Below are positions 1 to 14,254 of a stretch of DNA of 64,000 nucleotides, piece after piece. How positions within the stretch are numbered: the stretch's first letter is position 1; every line of letters starts with the position of its first letter. The position numbers were made by a program, and so were the translations under genes. This stretch comes from the human T2T-CHM13v2.0 reference genome, Homo sapiens. A model generated the notes under the pieces. The model was not told the origin of the DNA, ran no database searches, and saw nothing but the letters and a program-made list of their open reading frames with translations. Location of the stretch: NCBI GenBank assembly GCA_009914755.4, contig CP086569.2:61536001-61600000 (forward strand), written 5' to 3'.

Positions 1-3000
1 TACGGACTCCAATGGAATGGAATCGAATGGAAGGGAATCGAACGGAATGGACTCGAAGGGAAAAGACTGCAATGGAAAGGTCTCGAATGGAATGGAAATT
101 AATGGAATGGAATCGAATGAAATGGAGTCAAAAGGAATGGAATCGAATGGCAAGAAATCGAATGTAATGGAATCGCAAGGAATTGATGTGAACGGAACGG
201 AATGGAATGGAATCCAAAGGAATGGAATAGAATGGAATGGAATCGAATGGAAAGGACTCGAATGGAAATCACTCGAATAGAATGCAATTTAATAAAATAG
301 GATCAAATGTAATGGAATGGAATGGAAAGGAATCGAAACGAAAGGAATGGAGACAGATGGAATGGAATGGAACAGAGAGCAATGGTATAGAATGGAATGG
401 AATCATCTGGAATGGAATTGAATGGAATGGAATAATATGAAATGGAATGGAATGGAACGGAATAGAATGCCCTTGAATTAAATGGACTGGAATGGAATGG
501 ACTCGAACAGAGTGGAATGGAAAGTGTTGAGATAGAATGGAATGGACTCCTTTGGAATGGTGTAGTATGCAATGCAATCGACTGGCAGGGAATCAAAAGG
601 AATGTAATGGAATGGATTGGACTGGAATGCAATGGACTCGAATAGATTGGAAACGGAATGCAAAGGAATGGAATGGAATAGTATGGAATGGAATGGAAAG
701 GAATGGAGTGGAATAGACTAGAGTGGAATGGAATGGACTGGAAAGCAATGGACTGGAATGGAACTTTCTTGAATGGACTGGAATCAAACGGAATGGAATG
801 CAATGCAATCAAATGGCATGGAATAAAATAGAATGAAAGAGAATCAAATGGAATTGAATCGAATGGAATCGAATGGATTGGAAAGGAATAGAATGGAATG
901 GAATGGAATTGACTCAAATGGAATGGACTAGAATGGAATGGATTCGAATGGAAGGCAAAGGAATGGAATCTATTGGAATGGACTGTAATGGAATGGAATG
1001 GAAGGGATTGGAATGGACACGAATGGAATGGACTGCAATAGAAAGGATTCGAATGGAATGAAAAAGAATTGAATGGAATAGAACAGAATGGAATCAAATC
1101 GAATGAAATGGAATGGAAGAGAAAGGAATGGAATGAAATGGAATGGAAAGGATTCGAATGGAAAGGATTCGAATGGAATGCAATCGAATGGAATGCAATC
1201 GAATGGAATGGAATCGAACGGAATGGAATAAAATGGAAGAAAACTGGCAAGAAATGGAATCGAAATGAATGGAGTGTTATGGAACGGACTCAAAAGGAAT
1301 TGAATGTAATAGAATGGAGTGGAGTGGACTCGAATATAATGGACTGGAATGGAATGAAATCACATGGAATGGGAACGAATGGAATGGAATGGAAAGGAAT
1401 GGAATGGAATGGAACGGAATCGAATGGAAGGGAATGAAATTGAATCAACAGGAATGGAAGGGAATAGAATAGACGGTAATGGAATGGACTCGAATAGAAT
1501 GGACACGAATGCTCAAATTGAATGGACTCGAATGGAATGGAAACGAAAGGAATGTCATCGAATGGAATTGAATCGATTGGAATGAAATCGCATAGAATGG
1601 AGTGGAATCAAATGGAATTGAATCGAAAGGAAAGGAAGCGAATGGACTGAAATGAAATGGAATGGAATTGAATGGAAAGTAATGCAATGGAATAGAATGG
1701 AACGAAATTTCACGGAATGGAATCAAACTGAATGGAATCAAATCAATGGAATCAAATCAAATGGAATGGAAAGGAATTGAATGGAGTAGATTGGATTGGA
1801 TGGGATTGGAATGAAATGTACTGGAAAGGACTCGAATTTCATGAAACGGAATGGAATGAATTGGAACGGAATGGACTCGAATGGAATGGAATGTCATGGA
1901 ATGGCATCAAATGGAATGGCATCAAATGGAATGGAATCGAATGCAATGGAATGCTATGGAATGGAATGGAATGCATTGGAATGGAATGTCCTCTAATGGA
2001 ATGGATTCGAGTGGAATGGAATCGAATATAATGGAGTCGAATGAAATGGAATTGAAAGGAATGGGATCGAATACAATGGAATATACTGGAATGTAATGTA
2101 ATGAACTCGAATGTAATTGACTGGAATGGAATGTACATGAATGGAATGTAATCGAATGGAAAGTAATCCAATGGAATAGAATCTAATGCAATAAAATCGA
2201 CTCAGATAGAGTAGAATGTAATGGAATGGAGTGCAGTGCAATGGAATGGAATGGAATGGAATGCAATGGAATGGAATGGAATGGAATGGAATGGAATGGG
2301 ATGGGATGGAATGGTATGGAATGGATAGTAATGGACTGGAGTGAAATGGACTGGAAAGGAATGGACTCAAATTGAAAGGGCTCGAAAGGAATGGAGTCAA
2401 ATGGAATGGTCTGGAATGGAATGAACACGCATGTAATGCAATCCAATAGAATGGAATCGAATGGCATGGAATATAAAGAAATGGAATCGAAGAGAATGGA
2501 AACAAATGGAATGGAATTGAATGGAATGGAATTGAATGGAATGGGAACGAATGGAGTGAAATTGTATGCAGTAGAAGGGAATAGAATGGAATGCAAGTGA
2601 AAGGAAAGGAATGGATTGGAATGGAATGGAATTCATTGGAATGGAAGGGAATGTAGTGTAATGGACAGGCCTGGAATAAAGTGGAATGCTACGGTCTCGA
2701 ATGGAATAAAAATGTATGGAATGGAATGCAATGAAACGGAATCGAATGTCATAGAATGTAATGGAATGCAAAAAAATGGAATCCAAAATCATTGACTGGA
2801 AAGGCTGGGTGTCGAAAGGAATTGACTCCAATGGAATGGAATCGAATGGAATGGAAGTGAATAGAATCGAACTAAATCGAATGGAATGGAATTGATAGGA
2901 ACGGAATGGAAAGGAATGCAATGATTTGGCATGGAATGGAATCGAATGGCATCGAATGGAATGGAATGGAATGCAATGGAATGGAATGTATTAGAATGTA

Positions 3001-3584
3001 ATGAACTTTAATGGAATGTACTCGAATGGATTCGACTGGAATGGAATGTTCTGGAAGTGAATGGACTCCAATGGAATGGATTCAAAAGGAATGGAATCGT
3101 ACGGAATGGAATCTAATGGAATGGAATTAAATGGAAATGAATCAAATTGAATAGCACGGAATTGAATTGAATGGAATCGAATGCAATGGAATCAAATGAA
3201 ACGGAAAAGAAAGGAATGGAATGGAATGGAATGGGCTGGAATGGAAAGGAATCGAAACGAATGGAATGGAATCGAACTGAAGAGACTGGAATGGAATGCA
3301 CTGGAATGGAAGGGAGTGTAATGGAAGGTTCTCGAAAAAAATGGAATCGAATGGAATGGAATTGAATGGAACGGAATAGAGTCGAATGGAATTGAATGGA
3401 ATGGAATGGACTAGAGTGAAATGGAATCGAACCACAAGGAATGGACAGGAATAGAATGGTCTCGAATTGAATGGAATCGTATGGAATGGCATCAAACGGA
3501 ATGGAATGGACAGCCACGGAATGGAATGCACTCGAATGCAATGGAGTCGAAACTAATGGACTGGAATAGAATGGACTCGACTGG
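1..3584 (+). repeat. HOR unit 1 (type A), 3584 bp; carries two extra 15-bp (three-pentamer) duplications relative to units 4 and 7
   Basis: Runs from the anchor at position 1 to the next anchor at 3585. The type-A marker segment near 3171–3365 reads ...atcaaatgaaacggaaaagaaagg. The duplications ggaaaggattcgaat x2 and ggaatgcaatcgaat x2 lie at about 1141–1205. Confidence 0.85.
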
Positions 3585-6500
3585 TACGGACTCCAATGGA
3601 ATGGAATCGAATGGAAGGGAATCGATCGGAATGGACTCGAAGGGAAAAGACTGCAATGGAAAGGTCTCGAATGGAATGGAAATTAATGGAATGGAATGGA
3701 ATCGAATGAAATGGAGTCAAAAGGAATGGAATCGAATGGCAAGAAATCGAATGTAATGGAATCGCAAGGAATTGATGTGAACGGAACGGAATGGAATGGA
3801 ATCCAAAGGAATGGAATAGAATGGAATGGAATCGAATGGAAAGGACTCGAATGGAAATCACTCGAATAGAATGCAATTTAATAAAATAGGATCAAATGTA
3901 ATGGAATGGAATGGAAAGGAATCGAAACGAAAGGAATGGAGACAGATGGAATGGAATGGAACAGAGAGCAATGGTATAGAATGGAATGGAATCATCTGGA
4001 ATGGAATTGAATGGAATGGAATAATATGAAATGGAATGGAATGGAATGGAATGGAATGCCCTTGAATTAAATGGACTGGAATGGAATGGACTCGAACAGA
4101 GTGGAATGGAAAGTGTTGAGATAGAATGGAATGGACTCCTTTGGAATGGTGTAGTATGCAATGCAATCGACTGGCAGGGAATCAAAAGGAATGTAATGGA
4201 ATGGATTGGACTGGAATGCAATGGACTCGAATAGATTGGAAACGGAATGCAAAGGAATGGAATGGAATAGTATGGAATGGAATGGAAAGGAATGGAGTGG
4301 AATAGACTAGAGTGGAATGGAATGGACTGGAAAGCAATGGACTGGAATGGAACTTTCTTGAATGGACTGGAATCAAACGGAATGGAATGCAATGCAATCA
4401 AATGGCATGGAATAAAATAGAATGAAAGAGAATCAAATGGAATTGAATCGAATGGAGTCGAATGGATTGGAAAGGAATAGAATGGAATGGAATGGAATTG
4501 ACTCAAATGGAATGGACTAGAATGGAATGGATTCGAATGGAAGGCAAAGGAATGGAATCTATTGGAATGGACTGTAATGGAATGGAATGGAAGGGATTGG
4601 AATGGACTCGAATGGAATGGACTGCAATAGAAAGGATTCGAATGGAATGAAAAAGAATTGAATGGAATAGAACAGAATGGAATCAAATCGAATGAAATGG
4701 AATGGAATAGAAAGGAATGGAATGAAATGGAATGGAAAGGATTCGAATGGAATGCAATCGAATGGAATGGAATCGAACGGAATGGAATAAAATGGAAGAA
4801 AACTGGCAAGAAATGGAATCGAAATGAATGGAGTGTTATGGAACGGACTCAACAGGAATTGAATGTAATAGAATGGAGTGGAGTGGACTCGAATATAATG
4901 GACTGGAATGGAATGAAATCACATGGAATGGGAACGAATGGAATGGAATGGAAAGGAATGGAATCGAATGGAAAGGAATCGAATGGAAGGGAATGAAATT
5001 GAATCAACAGGAATGGAAGGGAATAGAATAGACGGTAATGGAATGGACTCGAATAGAATGGACACGAATGCTCAAATTGAATGGACTCGAATGGAATGGA
5101 AACGAAAGGAATGTCATCGAATGGAATTGAATCGATTGGAATGAAATCGCATAGAATGGAGTGGAATCAAATGGAATTGAATCGAAAGGAAAGGAAGCGA
5201 ATGGACTGAAATGAAATGGAATGGAATTGAATGGAAAGTAATGCAATGGAATAGAATGGAACGAAATTTCACGGAATGGAATCAAACTGAATGGAATCAA
5301 GTCAATGGAATCAAATCAAATGGAATGGAAAGGAATTGAATGGAGTACATTGGATTGGATGGGATTGGAATGAAATGTACTGGAAAGGACTCGAATTTCA
5401 CGAAACGGAATGGAATGAATTGGAACGGAATGGACTCGAATGGAATGGAATGTCATGGAATGGCATCAAATGGAATGGCATCAAATGGAATGGAATCGAA
5501 TGCAATGGAATGCTATGGAATGGAATGGAATGCATTGGAATGGAATGTCCTCTAATGGAATGGATTCGAGTGGAATGGAATCGAATATAATGGAGTTGAA
5601 TGAAATGGAATTGAAAGGAATGGGATCGAATACAATGGAATATACTGGAATGTAATATAATGAACTCGAATGTAATTGACTGGAATGGAATGTACATGAA
5701 TGGAATGTAATCGAATGGAAAGTAATCCAATGGAGTAGAATCTAATGCAATAAAATCGACTCAGATAGAGTAGAATGTAATGGAATGGAGTGCAGTGCAA
5801 TGGAATGGAATAGAATGGAATGCAATGGAATGGAATGGAAGGGAATGGAATGGAATGGAATGGAATGGAATTGGATGGGATGGAATGGTATGGAATGGAT
5901 AGTAATGGACTGGAGTGAAATGGACTGGAAAGGAATGGACTCAAATTGAAAGGGCTCGAAAGGAATGGAGTCAAATGGAATGGTCTGGAATGGAATGAAC
6001 ACGAATGTAATGCAATCCAATAGAAGGGAATCGAATGGCATGGAATATAAAGAAATGGAATCGAAGAGAATGGAAACAAATGGAATGGAATTGAATGGAA
6101 TGGAATTGAATGGAATGGGAACGAATGGAGTGAAATTGTATGCAGTAGAAGGGAATACAATGGAATGCAAGCGAAAGGAAAGGAATGGATTGGAATGGAA
6201 TGGAATTCATTGGAATGGAAGGGAATGTAGTGTAATGGACAGGCCTGGAATAATGTGGAATGCTACAGTCTCGAATGGAATAAAAATGTATGGAATGGAA
6301 TGCAATGAAACGGAATCGAATGTCATAGAATGTAATGGAATGCAAAAAAATGGAATCCAAAATCATTGACTGGAAAGGCTGGGTGTCGAAAGGAATTGAC
6401 TCCAATGGAATGGAATCGAATGGAATGGAAGTGAATAGAATCGAACTAAATCGAATGGAATGGAATTGATAGGAACGGAATGGAAAGGAATGCAATGATT

Positions 6501-7158
6501 TGGCATGGAATGGAATCGAATGGCATCGAATGGAATGGAATGGAATGCAATGGAATGGAATGTATTAGAATGTAATGAACTTTAATGGAATGTACTCGAA
6601 TGGATTCGACTGGAATGGAATGTTCTGGAAGTGAATGGACTCCAATGGAATGGATTCAAAAGGAATGGGATCGTACGGAATGGAATCTAATGGAATGGAA
6701 TTAAATGGAAATGAATCAAATTGAATACCACGGAATTGACTTGAATGGAATGGAATGCAATGGAATCTAATGAAACGGAAAGGAAAGGAATGGAATGGAA
6801 TGGAATGGGCTGGAATGGAAAGGAATCGAAACGAATGGAATGGAATCGAACTGAAGAGACTGGAATGGAATGCACTGGAATGGAAGGGAGTGTACTGGAA
6901 GGTTCTCGAAAATAATGGAATCGAATGGAATGGAATTGAATGGAACGGAATAGAGTCGAATGGAATTGAATGGAATGGAATGGACTAGAGTGAAATGGAA
7001 TCGAACCACAAGGAATGGACAGGAATAGAATGGTCTCGAATTGAATGGAATCGTATGGAATGGCATCAAACGGAATGGAATGGACAGCCACGGAATGGAA
7101 TGCACTCGAATGCAATGGAGCCGAAACTAATGGACTGGAATAGAATGGAATCGACTGG
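3585..7158 (+). repeat. HOR unit 2 (type B), 3574 bp
   Basis: Runs from anchor 3585 to anchor 7159. The type-B marker tgacttgaatggaatggaatgcaatggaatctaatgaaacgg is at about 6735–6780. The variant ggaataatgtgg is at about 6249. Confidence 0.85.
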
Positions 7159-10100
7159 TACGGACTCCAATGGAATGGAATCGAATGGAAGGGAATCGAA
7201 CGGAATGGACTCGAAGGGAAAAGACTGCAATGGAAAGGTCTCGAATGGAATGGAAATTAATGGAATGGAATGGAATCGAATGAAATGGAGTCAAAAGGAA
7301 TGGAATCGAATGGCAAGAAATCGAATGTAATGGAATCGCAAGGAATTGATGTGAACGGAACGGAATGGAATGGAATCCAAGGAATGGAATAGAATGGAAT
7401 GGAATCGAATGGAAAGGACTCGAATGGAAATCACTCGAATAGAATGCAATTTAATAAAATAGGATCAAATGTAATGGAATGGAATGGAAAGGAATCGAAA
7501 CGAAAGGAATGGAGACAGATGGAATGGAATGGAACAGAGAGCAATGGTATAGAATGGAATGGAATCATCTGGAATGGAATTGAATGGAATGGAATAATAT
7601 GAAATGGAATGGAATGGAATGGAATGGAATGCCCTTGAATTAAATGGACTGGAATGGACTGGACTCGAACAGAGTGGAATGGAAAGTGTTGAGATAGAAT
7701 GGAATGGACTCCTTTGGAATGGTGTAGTATGCAATGCAATCGACTGGCAGGGAATCAAAAGGAATGTAATCGAATGGATTGGACTGGAATGCAATGGACT
7801 CGAATAGATTGGAAACGGAATGCAAAGGAATGGAATGGAATAGTATGGAATGGAATGGAAAGGAATGGAGTGGAATAGACTAGAGTGGAATGGAATGGAC
7901 TGGAAAGCAATGGATTGGAATGGAACTTTCTTGAATGGACTGGAATCAAACGGAATGGAATGCAATGCAATCAAATGGCATGGAATAAAATAGAATGAAA
8001 GAGAATCAAATGGAATTGAATCGAATGGAATCGAATGGATTGGAGAGGAATAGAATGGAATGGAATGGAATTGACTCAAATGGAATGGACTAGAATGGAA
8101 TGGATTCGAATGGAAGGCAAAGGAATGGAATCTATTGGAATGGACTCTAATGGAATGGAATGGAAGGGATTGGAATGGACTCGAATGGAATGGACTGCAA
8201 TAGAAAGGATTCGAATGGAATGAAAAAGAATTGAATGGAATAGAACAGAATGGAATCAAATCGAATGAAATGGAATGGAATAGAAAGGAATGGAATGAAA
8301 TGGAATGGAAAGGATTCGAATGGAATGCAATCGAATGGAATGGAATCGAACGGAATGGAATAAAATGGAAGAAAACTGGCAAGAAATGGAATCGAAATGA
8401 ATGGAGTGTTATGGAACGGACTCAAAAGGAATTGAATGTAATAGAATGGAGTGGAGTGGACTCGAATATAATGGACTGGAATGGAATGAAATCACATGGA
8501 ATGGGAACGAATGGAATGGAATGGAAAGGAATGGAATCGAATGGAAAGGAATCGAATGGAAGGGAATGAAATTGAATCAACAGGAATGGAAGGGAATAGA
8601 ATAGACGGTAATGGAATGGACTCGAATAGAATGGACACGAATGCTCAAATTGAATGGACTCGAAAGGAATGGAAAGGAAAGGAATGTCATCGAATGGAAT
8701 TGAATCGATTGGAATGAAATCGCATAGAATGGAGTGGAATCAAATGGAATTGAATCGAAAGGAAAGGAAGCGAATGGACTGAAATGAAATGGAATGGAAT
8801 TGAATGGAAAGTAATGCAATGGAATAGAATGGAACGAAATTTCACGGAATGGAATCAAACTGAATGGAATCAAATCAATGGAATCAAATCAAATGGAATG
8901 GAAAGGAATTGAATGGAGTAGATTGGATTGGATGGGATTGGAATGAAATGTACTGGAAAGGACTCGAATTTCATGAAACGGAATGGAATGAATTGGAACG
9001 GAATGGACTCGAATGGAATGGAATGTCATGGAATGGCATCAAATGGAATGGCATCAAATGGAATGGAATCGAATGCAATGGAATGCTATGGAATGGAATG
9101 GAATGCATTGGAATGGAATGTCCTCTAATGGAATGGATTCGAGTGGAATGGAATCGAATATAATGGAGTCGAATGAAATGGAATTGAAAGGAATGGGATC
9201 GAATACAATGGAATATACTGGAATGTAATGTAATGAACTCGAATGTAATTGACTGGAATGGAATGTACATGAATGGAATGTAATCGAATGGAAAGTAATC
9301 CAATGGAATAGAATCTAATGCAATAAAATCGACTCAAATAGAGTAGAATGTAATGGAATGGAGTGCAGTGCAATGGAATGGAATGGAATGGAATGCAATG
9401 GAATGGAATGGAATGGAATGGAATGGGATGGAATGGTATGGAATGGATAGTAATGGACTGGAGTGAAATGGACTGGAAAGGAATGGACTCAAATTGAAAG
9501 GGCTCGAAAGGAATGGAGTCAAATGGAATGGTCTGGAATGGAATGAACACGAATGTAATGCAATCCAATAGAATGGAATCGAATGGCATGGAATATAAAG
9601 AAATGGAATCGAAGAGAATGGAAACAAATGGAGTGGAATTGAATGGAATGGAATTGATTGGAATGGGAACGAATGGAGTGAAATTGTATGCAGTAGAAGA
9701 GAATAGAATGGAATGCAAGCGAAAGGAATGGAATGGATTGGAATGGAATGGAATTCATTGGAATGGAAGGGAATGTAGTGTAATGGACAGGCCTGGAATA
9801 AAGTGGAATGCTACGGTCTCGAATGGAATAAAAATGTATGGAATGGAATGCAATGAAACGGAATCGAATGTCATAGAATGTAATGGAATGCAAAAAATGG
9901 AATCCAAAATCATTGACTGGAAAGGCTGGGTGTCGAAAGGAATTGACTCCAATGGAATGGAATCGAATGGAATGGAAGTGAATAGAATCGAACTAAATCG
10001 AATGGAATGGAATTGATAGGAACGGAATGGAAAGGAATGCAATGATTTGGCATGGAATGGAATCGAATGGCATCGAATGGAATGGAATGGAATGCAATGG

Positions 10101-10705
10101 AATGGAATGTGTTAGAATGTAATGAACTTTAATGGAATGTACTCGAATGGATTCGACTGGAATGGAATGTTCTGGAAGTGAATGGACTCCAATGGAATGG
10201 ATTCAAAAGGAATGGAATCGTACGGAATGGAATCTAATGGAATGGAATTAAATGGAAATGAATCAAATGGAATAGCACGGAATTGAATTGAATGGAATCG
10301 AATGCAATGGAATCTAATGAAACGGAAAGGAAAGGAATGGAATGGAATGGAATGGGCTGGAATGGAAAGGAATCGAAATGAATGGAATGGAATCGAACTG
10401 AAGAGACTGGAATGGAATGCACTGGAATGGAAGGGAGTGTAATGGAAGGTTCTCGAAAAAAATGGAATCGAATGGAATGGAATTGAATGGAACGGAATAG
10501 AGTCGAATGGAATTGAATGGAATGGAATGGACTAGAGTGAAATGGAATAGAACCACAAGGAATGGACAGGAATAGAATAGTCTCGAATTGAATGGAATCG
10601 TATGGAATGGCATCAAACGGAATGGAATGGATAGCCACGGAATGGAATGCACTCGAATGCAATGGAGTCGAAACTAATGGACTGGAATAGAATGGACTCG
10701 ACTGG
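7159..10705 (+). repeat. HOR unit 3 (type C), 3547 bp
   Basis: Runs from anchor 7159 to anchor 10706. Type-C markers are the 6-A run gcaaaaaatgg at about 9890 and ggatagccacgg at about 10630, where other unit types read ggacagccacgg. Confidence 0.85.
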
Positions 10706-13700
10706 TACGGACTCCAATGGAATGGAATCGAATGGAAGGGAATCGAATGGAATGGACTCGAAGGGAAAAGACTGCAATGGAAAGGTCTCGAATGGAATGG
10801 AAATTAATGGAATGGAATGGAATCGAATGAAATGGAGTCAAAAGGAATGGAATCGAATGGCAAGAAATCGAATGTAATGGAATCGCAAGGAATTGATGTG
10901 AACGGAACAGAATGGAATGGAATCCAAAGGAATGGAATAGAATGGAATGGAATCGAATGGAAAGGACTCGAATGGAAATCACTCGAATAGAATGCAATTT
11001 AATAAAATAGGATCAAATGTAATGGAATGGAATGGAAAGGAATCGAAACGAAAGGAATGGAGACAGATGGAATGGAATGGAACAGAGAGCAATGGTATAG
11101 AATGGAATGGAATCATCTGGAATGGAATTGAATGGAATGGAATAATATGAAATGGAATGGAATGGAATGGAATGGAATGCCCTTGAATTAAATGGACTGG
11201 AATGGAATGGACTCGAACAGAGTGGAATGGAAAGTGTTGAGATAGAATGGAATGGACTCCTTTGGAATGGTGTAGTATGCAATGCAATCGACTGGCAGGG
11301 AATCAAAAGGAATGTAATGGAATGGATTGGACTGGAATGCAATGGACTCGAATAGATTGGAAACGGAATGCAAAGGAATGGAATGGAATAGTATGGAATG
11401 GAATGGAAAGGAATGGAGTGGAATAGACTAGAGTGGAATGGAATGAACTGGAAAGCAATGGACTGGAATGGAACTTTCTTGAACGGACTGGAATCAAACG
11501 GAATGGAATGCAATGCAATCAAATGGCATGGAATAAAATAGAATGAAAGAGAATCAAATGGAATTGAATCGAATGGAATCGAATGGATTGGAAAGGAATA
11601 GAATGGAATGGAATGGAATTGACTCAAATGGAATGGACTAGAATGGAATTTATTCGAATGGAAGGCAAAGGAATGGAATCTATTGGAATGGACTGTAATG
11701 GAATGGAATGGAAGGGATTGGAATGGACTCGAATGGAATGGACTGCAATAGAAAGGATTCGAATGGAATGAAAAAGAATTGAATGGAATAGAACAGAATG
11801 GAATCAAATCGAATGAAATGGAATGGAATAGAAAGGAATGGAATGAAATGGAATGGAAAGGATTCGAATGGAATGCAATCGAATGGAATGGAATCGAACG
11901 GAATGGAATAAAATGGAAGAAAACTGGCAAGAAATGGAATCGAAATGAATGGAGTGTTATGGAACGGACTCAAAAGGAATTGAATGTAATAGAATGGAGT
12001 GGAGTGGACTCGAATATAATGGACTGGAATGGAATGAAATCACATGGAATGGGAACGAATGGAATGGAATGGAAAGGAATGGAATGGAATGGAAAGGAAT
12101 CGAATGGAAGGGAATGAAATTGAATCAACAGGAATGGAAGGGAATAGAATAGACGGTAATGGAATGGACTCGAATAGAATGGACACGAATGCTCAAATTG
12201 AATGGACTCGAAAGGAATGGAAAGGAAAGGAATGTGATCGAATGGAATTGAATCGATTGGAATGAAATCGCATAGAATGGAGTGGAATCAAATGGAATTG
12301 AATCGAAAGGAAAGGAAGCGAATGGACTGAAATGAAATGGAATGGAATTGAATGGAAATTAATGCAATGGAATAGAATGGAACGAAATTTCACGGAATGG
12401 AATCAAACTGAATGGAATCAAATCAATGGAATCTAATCAAATGGAATGGAAAGGAATTGAATGGAGTAGATTGGATTGGATGGGATTGGAATGAAATGTA
12501 CTGGAAAGGACTCGAATTTCATGAAACGGAATGGAATGAATTGGAACGGAATGGACTCGAATGGAATGGAATGTCATGGAATGGCATCAAATGGAATGGC
12601 ATCAAATGGAATGGAATCGAATGCAATGGAATGCTATGGAATGGAATGGAATGCATTGGAATGGAATGTCCTCTAATGGAATGGATTCGAGTGGAATGGA
12701 ATCGAATATAATGGAGTCGAATGAAATGGAATTGAAAGGAATGGGATCGAATACAATGGAATATACTGGAATGTAATGTAATGAACTCGAATGTAATTGA
12801 CTGGAATGGAATGTACATGAATGGAATGTAATCGAATGGAAAGTAATCCAATGGAATAGAATCTAATGCAATAAAATCGACTCAGATAGAGTAGAATGTA
12901 ATGGAATGGAGTGCAGTGGAATGGAATGGAATGGAATGGAATGCAATGGAATGGAATGGAATGGAATGGAATGGGATGGAATGGTATGGAATGGATAGTA
13001 ATGGACTGGAGTGAAATGGACTGGAAAGGAATGGACTCAAATTGAAAGGGCTCGAAAGGAATGGAGTCAAATGGAATGGTCTGGAATGGAATGAACACGA
13101 ATGTAATGCAATCCAATAGAATGGAATCGAATGGCATGGAATATAAAGAAATGGAATCGAAGAGAATGGAAACAAATGGAATGGAATTGAATGGAATGGA
13201 ATTGAATGGAATGGGAACGAATGGAGTGAAATTGTATGCAGTAGAAGAGAATAGAATGGAATGCAAGTGAAAGGAAAGGAATGGATTGGAATGGAATGGA
13301 ATTCATTGGAATGGAAGGGAATGTAGTGTAATGGACAGGCCTGGAATAAAGTGGAATGCTACGGTCTCGAATGGAATAAAAATGTATGGAATGGAATGCA
13401 ATGAAACGGAATCGAATGTCATAGAATGTAATGGAATGCAAAAAAATGGAATCCAAAATCATTGACTGGAAAGGCTGGGTGTCGAAAGGAATTGACTCCA
13501 ATGGAATGGAATCGAATGGAATGGAAGTGAATAGAATCGAACTAAATCGAATGGAATGGAATTGATAGGAACGGAATGGAAAGGAATGCAATGATTTGGC
13601 ATGGAATGGAATCGAATGGCATCGAATGGAATGGAATGGAATGCAATGGAATGGAATGTATTAGAATGTAATGAACTTTAATGGAATGTACTCGAATGGA

Positions 13701-14254
13701 TTCGACTGGAATGGAATGTTCTGGAAGTGAATGGACTCCAATGGAATGGATTCAAAAGGAATGGAATCGTACGGAATGGAATCTAATGGAATGGAATTAA
13801 ATGGAAATGAATCAAATTGAATAGCACGGAATTGAATTGAATGGAATCGAATGCAATGGAATCAAATGAAACGGAAAAGAAAGGAATGGAATGGAATGGA
13901 ATGGGCTGGAATGGAAAGGAATCGAAACGAATGGAATGGAATCGAACTGAAGAGACTGGAATGGAATGCACTGGAATGGAAGGGAGTGTAATGGAAGGTT
14001 CTCGAAAAAAATGGAATCGAATGGAATGGAATTGAATGGAACGGAATAGAGTCGAATGGAATTGAATGGAATGGAATGGACTAGAGTGAAATGGAATCGA
14101 ACCACAAGGAATGGACAGGAATAGAATGGTCTCGAATTGAATGGAATCGTATGGAATGGCATCAAACGGAATGGAATGGACAGCCACGGAATGGAATGCA
14201 CTCGAATGCAATGGAGTCGAAACTAATGGACTGGAATAGAATGGACTCGACTGG
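10706..14254 (+). repeat. HOR unit 4 (type A), 3549 bp
   Basis: Runs from anchor 10706 to anchor 14255. The type-A marker recurs at 13841–14035, which is 10,670 bp after its position in unit 1. Confidence 0.85.

Larger units (their letters stand above)
1..10705 (+). repeat. Super-repeat copy 1 (units A-B-C, about 10.7 kb)
   Basis: Unit-type-specific variants recur at a spacing of about 10.66 kb. Examples: 3171 / 13841 / 24501; 6755 / 17425 / 28085; and the TAG-creating gatagcc variant at 10647 / 21307 / 31972. Confidence 0.85.

Noticed and set aside
17-280. Plus-strand ORFs with MESNG / MEWNG / NGMEW repeats throughout the window
   Set aside because: Same artefact on the GGAAT strand: the trinucleotides gga / gaa / aat / atg / tgg contain no stops and ATG occurs every 5 bp. 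They are not coding.
303-1250. Long minus-strand ORFs of 300–315 aa recurring every ~3.55 kb (for example 303..1250, 3892..4809, 7465..8382), with HSIPFHSIPF-type repeats
   Set aside because: The ATTCC repeat has no stop codon in any frame, so ORFs just extend between variant pentamers. The products are 5-aa-periodic low-complexity strings with no plausible start context, domain or codon-usage signal. The ORF lengths change with 15-bp indels. They are translation artefacts of the satellite.
2285-2310. Short G-run clusters (ggaatgggatgggatgg) as possible G-quadruplex motifs
   Set aside because: There are only two or three GGG runs, with at most one to two per locus, and they are not within a canonical G3+N1-7 x4 pattern. 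They just reflect GGGAT variant pentamers.
10630-10660. The gatagccacgg variant creating an in-frame TAG every third unit, which might suggest a pseudogene-versus-gene distinction
   Set aside because: It only shortens an artefact ORF. I keep it purely as a diagnostic marker of type-C units.
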